From: Actinomycetes bacterium
GTDB taxonomy: Bacteria > Actinomycetota > Thermoleophilia > BMS3ABIN01
Direction: 5' to 3'
NCBI GenBank assembly: GCA_021785935.1
Contig: JAJYOG010000003.1
Coordinates: forward strand, 12,829 to 76,828
DNA: 64,000 nucleotides
Both the position numbers and the translations under genes were made by a program. Shown here piece after piece: positions 35,885-46,700 of the stretch; within the stretch, counting starts at the first letter, position 1; each line of letters starts with the position of its first letter. The notes under the pieces are model-generated. The model made no database searches, had not been told where the DNA came from, and saw nothing but the letters and a program-made list of their open reading frames with translations.

Positions 35885-36619
35885 TCAGGCTGCCGCCCGT
35901 CGCGGCTCAGCCTTCCAGTCCAGAACCAGATCGGGGGCCGGGGCTGTCGCGCGCCGAATGAAATCAATGCCGTTTAAATAGAGCATTTCCTCGCGCATCC
36001 AGGCGTCGAAGGGATGGTGCGATTTCGCAAATTTGGCGATGGCCCCGGCGGGATTATCGCCTTCCGCGTAAACGATGCCCATCCTTCCGGCAGGCGTTCT
36101 CACCAGAAACACCTTCTCCACTCCCAGGCCGTAACGAACTAGATAACCCCGGTACTCGTCCTCCCGCGACACCAGCAGCTCGCCGAGCCAGGCGCGCCAT
36201 TCATTGGTGAATCCTGGCTGGATAGGCATCACCGTCGCCAGCGGAATATCAGTACCTTCCCGGTGCAGCCGCGGCGATTCAAAGACCAGCTCGCCCAGCT
36301 CCACCGCTTCCGGCCGCCCAAGATCCACGCCGGTTATATCAAGGAACCTTCCCTTGAACCAGACGTCGAAAGAGTCCTTCGAATCCGCCAGCCCCCGAAA
36401 GCTTTTTTCTAGATCATCGCCTTCGAGATAATAAAGGAGCACGTCACCCGCGTTTGTCGGCTCGATCCATACGCGCTCTGTTGCGATTCCCAGCCGCCGG
36501 CGTGACGCGGCATGTTCGCCCGGGCGGACATCTTTCATTTCGCGCGCAAAGTCCAGGTACTCCCTGGTCTTACCGGGCATGATCTTGAATATCGTCATTG
36601 TGGCTGCCATCGCGACCAT
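35885..36619 (-). CDS. Hypothetical protein made of two tandem ~110-aa homologous domains
   Basis: The internal duplication is visible by eye: IMPGKTREYLDF...YYLEGDD...SKDSFDVWF versus IQPGFTNEWRAW...VYAEGDN...SHHPFDAWM. Confidence 0.55.
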   Translation of the reverse strand: MVAMAATMTIFKIMPGKTREYLDFAREMKDVRPGEHAASRRRLGIATERVWIEPTNAGDVLLYYLEGDDLEKSFRGLADSKDSFDVWFKGRFLDITGVDLGRPEAVELGELVFESPRLHREGTDIPLATVMPIQPGFTNEWRAWLGELLVSREDEYRGYLVRYGLGVEKVFLVRTPAGRMGIVYAEGDNPAGAIAKFAKSHHPFDAWMREEMLYLNGIDFIRRATAPAPDLVLDWKAEPRRAAA

Positions 36620-36797
36620 CTCCTTAAATCTTTTCGGTTGAACCTGACCTCGCGGCCGTAGCGAACCGCATGTGATTCATACCTAGGAGATTCCCGGATA
36701 GCCTGGGAGTGAAACGGGGGGGAACGTTTAGCTACGAAATACGGGGGAATAAAAACATATGCGCCATCTGAGGTGGGTTCGGGTGGCGCACTTATTA

Positions 36798-37958
36798 TTA
36801 CGGAGTACTCTTCTCCTCTACCCCGGCCTCTTCATATTCCTTCTCCTCTGCCCCGGCCTCTTCATATTCGCGGACCAGGGATGTCATCAGTTCGTGAACG
36901 GTGATAATCTCGGTCGCCCGGTAGGCGTTGGCTCCGGCAAAAGCAAACCCATGCTTGAGCTTGCCACGCTGGGCGTTGATCAGCGCGAAGAAGATACAGT
37001 ACGGACTTTCCTCATAATCACATGTGCGTATGCAATGGTAAGGACACTTGTAGGGCTTCCTTTTTCCTTCCTGCACGTCGTCCAGAAACTGATTGCGGAT
37101 CGCCCTTCCCGGCATGCCCACAGGGCTCTTAATGACAACGATGTCCTCCTGGCGGGAATCGAGATAAGCCTGCTTGATCTCACGGGAAGCGTCACATTCT
37201 TCCGTGGTCACAAAGCGGGTTCCCATCTGCACGCCGGAGGCGCCAAGCTTGAGGAACCTGGAAATATCCCGCCCGGTGTAAACTCCGCCCGCGGCAATCA
37301 CCGGAATTTTTACTCCATGCTCCTCGGCGAACGGTGTGATCTCGCTAATTACTTCGGGGACCAGCTTCTCGAGGGTATGGCCGGCATCGTCCAGTTCCTC
37401 CGGTTTGAACCCGAGGTGGCCTCCAGCCATTGGGCCTTCGACGACAACCGCATCCGGCAGACGGCCGTGTCGTTCGCTCCAACGTTTGCAGATGATGCGA
37501 GCCGCGCGTCCGGATGACACAATCGGCACCAGTTTGGTTTTGACGTTGCCGTTCATGAACTGTGGCAGATCCAGCGGCAGGCCGCCGCCGGAGAATATGA
37601 TATCGATACCTTCCGCTACGGAAGTCTTCACCATGTCGGCGTAATTGGAGAGGGCGACCATGATGTTAACGCCCAGGATTCCTTTGGAATGCTCCCGCGC
37701 CTTGCGAATCTCTTTTTTAATCGCGCGGACGTTGGACCCCAGATAATTGGAGAAGAAGTCGGACTCGGTCATGCCGATACCGGCTGCGGCGATTACACCG
37801 ATGCCTCCCTCGTTGGCGACCGCGGCCGCAAGTCCCGCCAGGGATATGCCCACACCCATTCCACCCTGGATAACCGGGATCCTCGCCTTGAGATCACCGA
37901 TCTTCAGTTCGTGCAACTTATTAATCTTCATGCCTGTCTTCCCTGCATTTGGACTCAC
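36798..37958 (-). CDS. Nitronate monooxygenase / enoyl-ACP reductase II (FMN, TIM-barrel) family protein
   Basis: VIQGGMGVGISLAGLAAAVANEGGIGVIAAAG...VIAAGGVYTG. The acidic C-terminal tail has a 10-aa tandem repeat. Confidence 0.7.
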   Translation of the reverse strand: MSPNAGKTGMKINKLHELKIGDLKARIPVIQGGMGVGISLAGLAAAVANEGGIGVIAAAGIGMTESDFFSNYLGSNVRAIKKEIRKAREHSKGILGVNIMVALSNYADMVKTSVAEGIDIIFSGGGLPLDLPQFMNGNVKTKLVPIVSSGRAARIICKRWSERHGRLPDAVVVEGPMAGGHLGFKPEELDDAGHTLEKLVPEVISEITPFAEEHGVKIPVIAAGGVYTGRDISRFLKLGASGVQMGTRFVTTEECDASREIKQAYLDSRQEDIVVIKSPVGMPGRAIRNQFLDDVQEGKRKPYKCPYHCIRTCDYEESPYCIFFALINAQRGKLKHGFAFAGANAYRATEIITVHELMTSLVREYEEAGAEEKEYEEAGVEEKSTP

Positions 37959-38058
37959 AAAAAAGGACCCTCCTTCCGGAGGGCCCCCTTTGGATTCCTC
38001 TTTGGAAATTGAGCTGAATGTGCCGCGGCTTATAGGCGGCGGCGCTCCGGCTCCATTC

Positions 38059-38283
38059 TTAGCTGATGGGAGTTACGTTCGTGGCCTGGGGGCCCTTGGG
38101 GCCTTCCGTAGCTTCGAAAGTCACTTTCTGGCCCTCGGCGAGGGTTTTGAAACCGTCGCTCTTGATCTCAGAAAAGTGCACGAACAGATCCGTCCCGTTC
38201 TCACGCTCGATAAAGCCGAAGCCTTTCTGATCGGAGAACCATTTGACTGTTCCTTCTGGCAAGTTAATTCCTCCTCTCACCAA
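38059..38283 (-). CDS. csp: Cold-shock protein (CSD)
   Basis: [30 protein letters not shown] contains the RNP1 and RNP2 motifs. Confidence 0.9.
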   Translation of the reverse strand: MVRGGINLPEGTVKWFSDQKGFGFIERENGTDLFVHFSEIKSDGFKTLAEGQKVTFEATEGPKGPQATNVTPIS

Positions 38284-38464
38284 TCCCGTGGTAAGAGTAC
38301 TAGATCAACTGCCATCCGAACGATCAGTCAAGCACTTCAAACCATGTTAACAACACCCGCACTAGCGGGGGCTGTGGTAACTATAGGGTAATAACAGCCC
38401 GACCGCAACCATTTCCTTCTGGAAACGGGTCAGGCGGCGGCGGCGCGGAGTCCGGAGCGGCGCC

Positions 38465-39580
38465 TTATTCTGCCGCGATGGCTTCAGCGTTTGCGCTTGA
38501 TTCAATCCGCGACTTTACGTCAGAGCCAATGATTGCGCCCACGGTTTGCGCAATCAGCAGGATCACAATTGGATAGACCTCGTAATAATCACGCAACTCA
38601 TCGAGGAATCCAAAAAACATCGTCGTTATGAGAAGAGGCACCGCTATCCAGAGGCCATGCTTGAGAAAAACCGGCCGCTGGGGCCAGTCGTAGAAAATCA
38701 GCAAGCCGACAATAAACCAGGTAAGAGCCGTAGTCAGTGAATATGACTCCAGCAGTAATTGAAAATTCTTGTCGATCAAGTGGAACTCGACAGCACCGCC
38801 AGGGTTATTTCTAAACTGATACATCAGCAGCAGTCTGATTGCCACGAAAATTCCAAGCTGGATCAACAGCAGCTTACCGAAAAGGGCGCGCGCCATCCTT
38901 TTGGTGCTGAAAAAGTGGATGGCAAATACCATCGTCAGCAGGATGGTGGTCTCCTTGTTGATGCAGGCGATAAAAAAGACGGGGAGATAAAGCTGCCATT
39001 TGCGGCGAACCATCAGGGCAAATCCCAGGGAAATCAGAAAGAGCGTGGTGAAGTCATAAACGTAATCAAAATAGACAAAGAGCGGCGGCAGCCCCAGGAG
39101 GGCAATGATGGTGGCCAGATCGGTGAACCGGTCTGAGGCCTCGAAAACGCTTCGAAAAAAGTACCTGATAGCAAAGGCAAATCCGACCAGCGACAGGAAC
39201 ATGAGCACGATGGCGATCGAATATTCAATCAGATACTGTGGATTCCACTGGTGTTCTCTGACAAATTCATTGATGACATTTCTGTTCAGCATCGATTGCC
39301 GGATGGACTCCCGCGATCCAGAGGGAATAGCGGCGTTAATCACCCTGACGGTAGTCGGCAGCAGTGTGCGGTAAACGTACGGCTTGCTGGCGGTTCCATG
39401 GACCATTGCCTCGGGGGTGGCAGGTTCGTACCACGAAATGCCCCTGCCGATCACAAAAATTGCCATCAGCCCGGCGGCGATCAAAAAGATCGAGCCGATG
39501 ATCCCGGCCCGGTAGATGAAATGTATTTGGTTTTTTTTCAGCATTAATCTCGCGATCGACGGCGTCCGCAAATGCGCCAA
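38465..39580 (-). CDS. Polytopic membrane protein, unknown function
   Basis: 371 aa with at least 8 hydrophobic helices. It is divergent from a GT-C glycosyltransferase gene. Confidence 0.5.
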   Translation of the reverse strand: MAHLRTPSIARLMLKKNQIHFIYRAGIIGSIFLIAAGLMAIFVIGRGISWYEPATPEAMVHGTASKPYVYRTLLPTTVRVINAAIPSGSRESIRQSMLNRNVINEFVREHQWNPQYLIEYSIAIVLMFLSLVGFAFAIRYFFRSVFEASDRFTDLATIIALLGLPPLFVYFDYVYDFTTLFLISLGFALMVRRKWQLYLPVFFIACINKETTILLTMVFAIHFFSTKRMARALFGKLLLIQLGIFVAIRLLLMYQFRNNPGGAVEFHLIDKNFQLLLESYSLTTALTWFIVGLLIFYDWPQRPVFLKHGLWIAVPLLITTMFFGFLDELRDYYEVYPIVILLIAQTVGAIIGSDVKSRIESSANAEAIAAE

Positions 39581-39672
39581 GAGCGTACAACATTAACAAA
39601 CTTCTCTCAACAACACTTCCGCAACGGAAATTCGCTTAAAGCTTCTTTAATCAGCTGAGGATGAGGTAATAT

Positions 39673-41274
39673 TTGCCCATGAACAGAAGACTGGGACCGG
39701 AACTGCTGATCAAAATTATCAAGTATGCCATTATCGTGGGCGTAATCGCCTACGTCGCTGTTTTTCTGGCGCTTGCGTACAAGCGGTTGCGTTACCCTTA
39801 CGAGCTCGAATGGATGGAGGGCGGCATGGTCGACCACATCCAGTGGATTCTGTCGGGCAGACAACTGTACGTAAAGCCATCCCTCGATTTTATCCCCTTT
39901 ACCTATACACCGTTTTTCTTCTATTTGAGCGCTTTTTTTGCCAGGATTGTCGGCACCGGGTTCATCTCCATACGGCTGGTCGCGATTCTTTCAACGCTGG
40001 GGTGCTTCGGTATGATCTTCGAGCTGGTCCGGAGGGAGACAAAATCGATTTTCTTCGGATTAGTTTCCGTGGGGCTGTTTGCGGCCACTTACAGGATCAG
40101 CGGTTCCTGGTTCGATGTGGGACGGGTAGACATGCTCTTCCTGCTGCTGGCGCTTTTGAGCTTTTACGTTCTCCGGTTCCATGACAGCTACAACTCGCTG
40201 ATTATTTCCGGCCTGCTGATCTCGCTGGCATTTCTGACCAAGCAGACAGCACTGTTCATTGGAATCGCCATGTGCGTCTATTGCCTCTTGTACCTGCGCG
40301 GCTGGAAGAAGATTGTTTATCCGGCTACATTCGCGGCTGTGCTGGGGATCAGCACCCTGCTTTTAAATGCTGTCAGCGGAGGCTGGTACACATATTACAT
40401 TTTTACGCTTCCCCGCGCCCATCGCATTATAGACAGTCAGATCCTCAGCTTCTGGGTTCCCGGCATCTCCGTTCTCCTGATCGCTTTCACCATTTCCCTC
40501 GCCTATCTCATATACCTTTTCTTTTGCCGGGATCGCCGTGATTTTGGTTTTTATCTCTTTTTTCTCGCCAGCCTGGTGCTGGCGTCGTGGCTGATTAGTA
40601 TCGTCGCCGGTTCGTTCCTGAATGATTTCATCCCCGCTTATGCGGCGATTGCCATCTGTATGGGGATGGGAGCCCATGCTCTTAGCAGCAATGTTGTCGA
40701 CGGAGTCGCGTCAGGAACTGCTGCTGCCGAAGATGCCGCGGGCGCGGGCGCCAGCGCCCTCGTGGAAGGCAGATCTCCCACAAACAACGGCGGCGGCACC
40801 ACGACCCGCGGCTTTGTACAGATCTGTTTCGTGCTGCTTGCCTGCCTGTTGCAACTGACTTCGCTGTATTATCAGCCCCGCGCCGATCTGCCCACCGGCG
40901 AAGACAAATATGCGGGCGACAGCATCGTCCAGTTGATACGAGATACTAAAGGTGAAGTATTTGTGCCAGGGCACGGTTACCTGACAACCCTTGCCGGAAA
41001 AAAACAATACGCCCACGGCATCGCCATCGGGGACGTGCTATACGCTGGTGATGAAATATCACGTAATTTTCAGCGCGAGCTTGACGACGCCGTCAAAAAC
41101 AAGCAGTTTGGCGGCTTCATCTTCGACGCTCCCTGGGATTCGGATTTTGGGAACGAGCAGGACGCCCGCAAGGTTTACTCCGAAAAAATCGACATCTTCC
41201 CCGACCAGAAAGTCTTTCTGCCGGTAACGGGATTCAAAACGCGGCCCATGGTGATGTACAGGCTGCCTGACTGA
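39673..41274 (+). CDS. GT-C glycosyltransferase (family 39/83, ArnT-like) membrane protein
   Basis: 533 aa. The N-terminal loop YPYELEWMEGGMVDH, multiple TM helices and a soluble C-terminal domain fit the family. Confidence 0.6.
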   Translation: MPMNRRLGPELLIKIIKYAIIVGVIAYVAVFLALAYKRLRYPYELEWMEGGMVDHIQWILSGRQLYVKPSLDFIPFTYTPFFFYLSAFFARIVGTGFISIRLVAILSTLGCFGMIFELVRRETKSIFFGLVSVGLFAATYRISGSWFDVGRVDMLFLLLALLSFYVLRFHDSYNSLIISGLLISLAFLTKQTALFIGIAMCVYCLLYLRGWKKIVYPATFAAVLGISTLLLNAVSGGWYTYYIFTLPRAHRIIDSQILSFWVPGISVLLIAFTISLAYLIYLFFCRDRRDFGFYLFFLASLVLASWLISIVAGSFLNDFIPAYAAIAICMGMGAHALSSNVVDGVASGTAAAEDAAGAGASALVEGRSPTNNGGGTTTRGFVQICFVLLACLLQLTSLYYQPRADLPTGEDKYAGDSIVQLIRDTKGEVFVPGHGYLTTLAGKKQYAHGIAIGDVLYAGDEISRNFQRELDDAVKNKQFGGFIFDAPWDSDFGNEQDARKVYSEKIDIFPDQKVFLPVTGFKTRPMVMYRLPD

Positions 41275-41293
41275 AAGCCTGACTGAAACTCTG

Positions 41294-42694
41294 ATGCAAG
41301 TAACAACACGGTCAAGCGCCTCTGACAAACGCATTGCCCTGTTTGTCGCCACGCTCAGTTCCTTCCTGGCCCCTTTCATGATCTCGGCGGTGAACATCGC
41401 CATCCCCGTGATCGGCGGCCGCTTCGCCGTGAGCGCCGTGGTTCTCAGCTGGTTCGCCACCGCCTACCTGCTGGCGGCAACAATGTTTTTGGTTCCGTTC
41501 GGGCGCCTGGCCGACATCCACGGCCGCAAGCGAATTTTCATCTACGGCATGTGCATCTATGTGACCTCCTCGCTGATCGCGGCGGTAGCGAACTCCGCGG
41601 CCATGTTCATCATCGCGCGGATCGTCGAAGGAACCGGCGCCGCCATGATCATGGGAACCGGCGTGGCGATTCTCACTTCGGTCTTTCCGCCGCAGGAGCG
41701 CGGGCGCGCCCTGGGGATCAACGTGGCCGCTGTCTATCTGGGCCTGTCGCTGGGACCGTTCATCGGTGGTTTCCTCACCGACTTTTTAACCTGGCGCAGC
41801 GTCTTCATGGTCAACGTGCCGCTGGGCCTCTCGGCGCTGGCGCTGGTCTTCTGGAAGCTCAAGGGCGAATGGGCAGGAGCCCGGGGCGAGAAATTCGATC
41901 TTACCGGCTCGGTTATATACAGCGTCATGTTGGTGGCGCTTGTCTACGGCCTGACGCAGGTGCCGGAAATGCACGTAGTCGGCGCGGCGCTGCTGGCGGC
42001 CGGCGCCGCCGGCCTGATTGCGTTTATCTGGTGGGAAGGCAGAGCCGAGCACCCGGTCCTGAACATCAGCCTCTTCAGGAATAATGCTGTCTTCGCTTTT
42101 TCCAATCTGGCGGCGCTTATCAATTACAGCGCCACCTTCGCGGTCACCTTCCTGCTGAGCCTGTATCTGCAATATACGAAGGGATACAGCCCCTTTATGG
42201 CCGGGCTGCTCCTGGTGCCGCAGCCGGTGGTGATGACGGCTCTCTCGCCGTTCGCCGGCAGGCTGTCGGACCGTATCGAGCCGATTGTCGTGGCGTCAGT
42301 GGGCATGGCCGTGACTACGATGGGCCTGTTCTTTTTCATCTTTCTGGGGGAAGGGACCAGCCTGGTTCTCATCATCGCCAATCTGATAATTCTGGGAGTC
42401 GGCTTTTCGCTCTTTTCATCACCCAATACCAATGCTGTCATGAGCTCGGTAGAGAAACGCTATTACGGCGTGGCGGCGGGTACGCTGGGAACCATGAGGA
42501 CGATCGGGCAGAGCTTCAGCATGGGCATCGTCATGCTGCTTTTCGCGGTTTACATTGGCGGCACACGGATCACTCCCGATACGCATCAGCTCTTCCTCAC
42601 CAGCGCCCGCGTTGCCTTTATCATCTTCACCTGCCTGTGTTTTTTGGGTATCTTCGCCTCGCTGGCAAGGGGGAAAATGCGGGGAGAACAGTAG
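41294..42694 (+). CDS. MFS transporter (DHA2/EmrB-QacA-like)
   Basis: 466 aa. MFS motif A is FGRLADIHGRKRIF. About 14 hydrophobic segments. Confidence 0.8.
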   Translation: MQVTTRSSASDKRIALFVATLSSFLAPFMISAVNIAIPVIGGRFAVSAVVLSWFATAYLLAATMFLVPFGRLADIHGRKRIFIYGMCIYVTSSLIAAVANSAAMFIIARIVEGTGAAMIMGTGVAILTSVFPPQERGRALGINVAAVYLGLSLGPFIGGFLTDFLTWRSVFMVNVPLGLSALALVFWKLKGEWAGARGEKFDLTGSVIYSVMLVALVYGLTQVPEMHVVGAALLAAGAAGLIAFIWWEGRAEHPVLNISLFRNNAVFAFSNLAALINYSATFAVTFLLSLYLQYTKGYSPFMAGLLLVPQPVVMTALSPFAGRLSDRIEPIVVASVGMAVTTMGLFFFIFLGEGTSLVLIIANLIILGVGFSLFSSPNTNAVMSSVEKRYYGVAAGTLGTMRTIGQSFSMGIVMLLFAVYIGGTRITPDTHQLFLTSARVAFIIFTCLCFLGIFASLARGKMRGEQ

Positions 42695-42720
42695 TCAACC
42701 GCAGCCGCGAAGTGAAAAAG

Positions 42721-42766
42721 TGGAGCCGACGTGCGGAATTGAACCGCAGACCTGCTCATTACGAGT
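42721..42766. repeat. 46-bp direct repeat: partial 3' copy of tRNA-Thr(CGU) (distal att site)
   Basis: TGGAGCCGACGTGCGGAATTGAACCGCAGACCTGCTCATTACGAGT is identical to 48511-48556. It spans from CCA to the anticodon loop. Confidence 0.9.
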
Positions 42767-42878
42767 TCAAGACTTCCATTTAGTCAAGTGTAAATTTGTC
42801 CGTTTGAAGCGGATTTCGGTGACATTGTATTTGAATTTATCCGCGAGAATTTGAACATGCAAGGTGTCAGAAAGGGTG

Positions 42879-43109
42879 TCAGCAAACCTCTGGCGGAATA
42901 TCACGTATTTTATCAATGGCCTTAGCCTGTATCTGTCTGATTCTTACCTGAGTTACGCCAAAACGCCGTCCAACCTCTTCGAATGAATGTTGCTGCTCGC
43001 CGTGAAACCCGTAAAGCCACGTCAAAACCTTTTGTTCCCGGTATGTGAACATGTGAGCCACGCGGTCGAAGTCGCCCTCGATGATCGGAATTACATCATC
43101 ATCATTCAT
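42879..43109 (-). CDS. Stand-alone sigma-70 region-4 (HTH) mini-protein
   Basis: 76 aa: FTYREQKVLTWLYGFHGEQQHSFEEVGRRFGVTQVRIRQIQAKAIDKIR is nearly the RpoD region 4.2 consensus. It starts 11 nt after the upstream gene. Confidence 0.7.
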   Translation of the reverse strand: MNDDDVIPIIEGDFDRVAHMFTYREQKVLTWLYGFHGEQQHSFEEVGRRFGVTQVRIRQIQAKAIDKIRDIPPEVC

Positions 43110-43120
43110 TTGATCTCGTT

Positions 43121-43726
43121 TTAAGAATTCGGGGAATAATCGGGCTCAATTGAAGAAGATTCTTCACTGATCTGCTCAATCAAGATTTTTACCTTTTCGC
43201 CTGCTTTCTCATCAGCTTCGACCCAAAAAACATTTCCGCTTTCAAAAGCAAGGAATGAAATGACCGAAAGGCAGTCTTTCACGACTACTGGCATACCGCT
43301 CACTTCCAGAGAAAATCCTTTCGGAAGAAAGTGAATGAATTCATTTCGAAATTCATGGAGCTTCTTGACGTGCCTTGTTTGATTGGCCGAAGGCTTGAAC
43401 GGTTGACTATGGACGTACATTTTCATTCGCTTCGACTTGATTTTCTTGTACAGCTCTAAGAAGTAATCAAGCTTCTCGCCTGGGAATGGCTCCCCTTCGC
43501 CCCGGATGGCAGCCAAGTATTTGTCGGCATCGTCAGCTTTAACAAGATGAAAATTTGAACTTCCTCTTAACGCAAGAACCATGAAGCCTTGTAATGCATT
43601 ATGAAGCGCGATAATAACCCACTTCCAGCGATAAACATCTGATTTAACCTGGGATATTTGTTCCAAAACCATTTCCAGCGCTTTGATTGCTTCTTTTCGT
43701 TCATCAGTTCTTAGCCAAAGTTCCAT
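43121..43726 (-). CDS. Uncharacterised 201-aa protein with an RNxxxH (HEPN-like) motif
   Basis: KKLHEFRNEFIHFLPKGFS fits R-x4-H, with the Asn after Arg that is typical of HEPN RNases. The rest is helical-looking. It starts 12 nt after the RM gene stop. Confidence 0.55.
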   Translation of the reverse strand: MELWLRTDERKEAIKALEMVLEQISQVKSDVYRWKWVIIALHNALQGFMVLALRGSSNFHLVKADDADKYLAAIRGEGEPFPGEKLDYFLELYKKIKSKRMKMYVHSQPFKPSANQTRHVKKLHEFRNEFIHFLPKGFSLEVSGMPVVVKDCLSVISFLAFESGNVFWVEADEKAGEKVKILIEQISEESSSIEPDYSPNS

Positions 43727-43738
43727 GATTATCGTAGG

Positions 43739-46700
43739 CTATGATAACGGCCATTCAGGAATCATCGAATCAATCTCTGCCATTAGGCGCATCGTCTCAT
43801 TCAAAGCTACGGTGATTTTCTGATAGTGCTGAATGTCATCCCAGGTTAACTTACTGCCCTTGCGGTCCTTAAGCCACTTCTCCAAAACCTGATAGCCGCC
43901 GATGTGGAATTCCCATTGCTCGGGTTCGATGCCCTCGAAAAATTGTTCCTTGTTGATGTAAACACGGCCCGGCACTGCCGGTTCTTTGCCCGTCGCCGGT
44001 TTGGGTTCAGCGAAGCGGACCTTCACAACTTCGTTTGAGCCTTCGACGTCGAATCGCGGATAAGAGGCTGGATTTGTGAGAAGCGGCGACTCCATCAAGT
44101 GAAGCTGAACCAGCTCTTCGCCTTTTTCGGCCAGCGATTTGAACAGGTCTTTGTCCGACGTGATTGGAAGACGCGGGAAATCGCTCTTTAGGAATTCAGC
44201 GTAGCGTTCACGGTATGTGGGAGAGTGAAAAACGGCATATGCATAGTGGAATATATTTTCAGGGCCGACAGTTTTTTCTAAATTGCCCTTTCCGTCAGGT
44301 ATGAACTCCAGACCCAAAACAGTTGAAAGTTCTAGCGTAAATTCAGTAGAAAGATTAGGGCGGCGAGCATCAGGGGCCGAAGCAGATTCCAAAGTAAGTT
44401 CGCCAACCTCAGGTTTGAGATATAGCGGGAATAAATTATTGATGTCGTATGCCGCTAATGCTTTATGTCCAATGATCGAACCGGATGCTAAAACCGCCCA
44501 TTGATCCCTTGTCTGCCGCGAAGTGATAAATCCAAGATTGTCACCCGCCAGCATATGGCTCATGACTTCGCCGCGTGCTCTGCAGTGGAAGCCCCGCGAG
44601 TGGCCCGTGAAATAAGTGAAGCGGGTATCAAATGGCCGGTAGAGAACAGGCTGAAGGTGGTCTTTAGATAAGCCAGTTTCGCGCAAATCTTCTTGCGCCC
44701 ATGATACTTTCCAGTCCCCGGCATCTTTGCCCAGATGATATTTTTCTCTCGCCTCTTCAACCGGAAGGCTGGCAAAGTCATTAACCGTTCGCCATACGTC
44801 TTCTTCACTGAAGCGAATACTAAGCGCATCCCTGGCCGTCGTTATTCCAACGCTGTTTACCGGCACCATGTCTGTTAGCTTCCAGCCTTCTTCATATTCG
44901 GCCAGCAGTTCTGAATTCTGGGGAATAAACAGATAAAAAGGAGCTTGCGGCTGTAATTCTTGCCATTCGGTAGATTCAATATCCTGATTCCATAGTTCCT
45001 GATACTTCTTTTCCCGTAATCCCCAGGAATCGGCGTAGTGAACTGTTGCGGGGCCTTCCTTGCCCAGTTCTTTCACGAAAATCCCGATGGCCACACCCTG
45101 CTGGATGTCAAAGACATTCACGTCTTTGGAGCCGTCCGGCGCGATTTCCTTTTTCTTGCTGTTGCCATGCAGGTTCAACAGGTAAACATCTGTGAACGAA
45201 TCCATCAACTGTTGGCGCATGCCCCGAAATGTTGGATTATCCAGATAGCCGTTATTGGTAATAAAGGCAACCACGCCCTGGCCTGTTCGATCTATGCGCC
45301 ACTGGCCGAAACGAAGGAATTTCACGTAATCATCATTGAGCCACTTAGTAACGTCCTTAAGCGGCTGGCCATCGATCTTCTTGTAATCGTCAATCAGTTC
45401 TTGAATCCACGAGCCCTTGTTGGCGGAGTGCCCCGAATACGGCGGATTGCCCAGAACTACCATGATTGGCTCATCGCGCTTAATTCTGGCCGCCGCGTTC
45501 GCTTCATCGGCGATGAACTGAGCGAAAAGGGCTTCAGACTTCTTGACCGCCTCTTCCAGCGTATTCGTGAGGTAAATACCCAGTCGCTCATCACCGGAGA
45601 AATCGTAACCGGTTTCATCGAGCAGAAGGCCAAGTTTGAGATGAGCCATGGCATAGGGAGCCATCAGCAGCTCGAAGCCGAAGATGCGGTTCAGTAGATG
45701 TTCTTTTACGTAATTGCTCCAGGCGCCGCCCTGCCCGGCAGCTATCAAGCTCTCGCGGACATGCTGTATGACAAAGTAAAGGAAGGTTGCAGTTCCGACC
45801 GCAGGATCAAGAATTAGTGTGCCAGTGTCGGCAAGGCCCATGGCGCGGCCAAAGCGAGTCTTAAGGATATGATCAATGGATCGAACGATGTAAGAGACAA
45901 CCGGCTCCGGCGTGTAGTAGACCCCCCGGCTCTCTCTTAGCTTCGGATCATAGGCCGCCAGGAAGGTTTCATAGAAATGCACAACCGGATCGGATTTGGC
46001 CTCACTTTCGCCAAAATGCTCCAGGATAGCCGCCATGTCCGCCCTGGACAGTAGGTTCGCCAGATCATCCACGGCCCAGGCTATGCGTTCATCCAGGCCG
46101 GGACCAGCGATATGATTGAATAGTTCCCTTAAGAAGGGGTTGGTTTTGGGCAGAGTCCAGGCCGCTTTTTCGCGGGTGAATTCCTTTGCTTCCGGTTCGT
46201 TCACACGGGCGGCGAAAAGGCCATAGGCGATTGTCTGCGCATACATATCTGCAAACTGCCCTGGCTACAGATCGGGAATCAGCGTTTCCCTAAATGCTGC
46301 CAGTTGCGCGTGAAGCGCGCCGCCCTTCTCTCCTTCTTTCGCGAACGTAGCTTCGATCAGGTTGTGAACCATGCGGGCGATGGCCGCCATACGAACCGCA
46401 AGCTCTTTAGGCCTGCGAACGGTAGGGGTCTGATGACTCAGGAAGAGTTGAAGCAACTCTGATAATTTGGCCGCGCCATCGGCCTCAGCCCGAATTTTGC
46501 CGTCAGAAGCCACACGAGCGATTCTGACGGTCTGGCGATACTCTCCCTGAACATACCCAGCGGAACTCAAGGTAATCCGTGAGAATCAGATTGCCAAGGG
46601 AGGCCAGATAACGCTTCATTTGCTCTGACTTCTCTATGGCATCAAGGCCGGTTCCTACGTCTTTGGCCTCAATGTAGCCCAGCGGGATTTGACCCCTGGT

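Noticed and set aside
36759-37517. 252-aa + strand ORF overlapping the nitronate monooxygenase gene
   Set aside because: It is antisense to a frame with a clear FMN/TIM-barrel signature, and its N-terminus merely translates the 30-bp tandem repeat.
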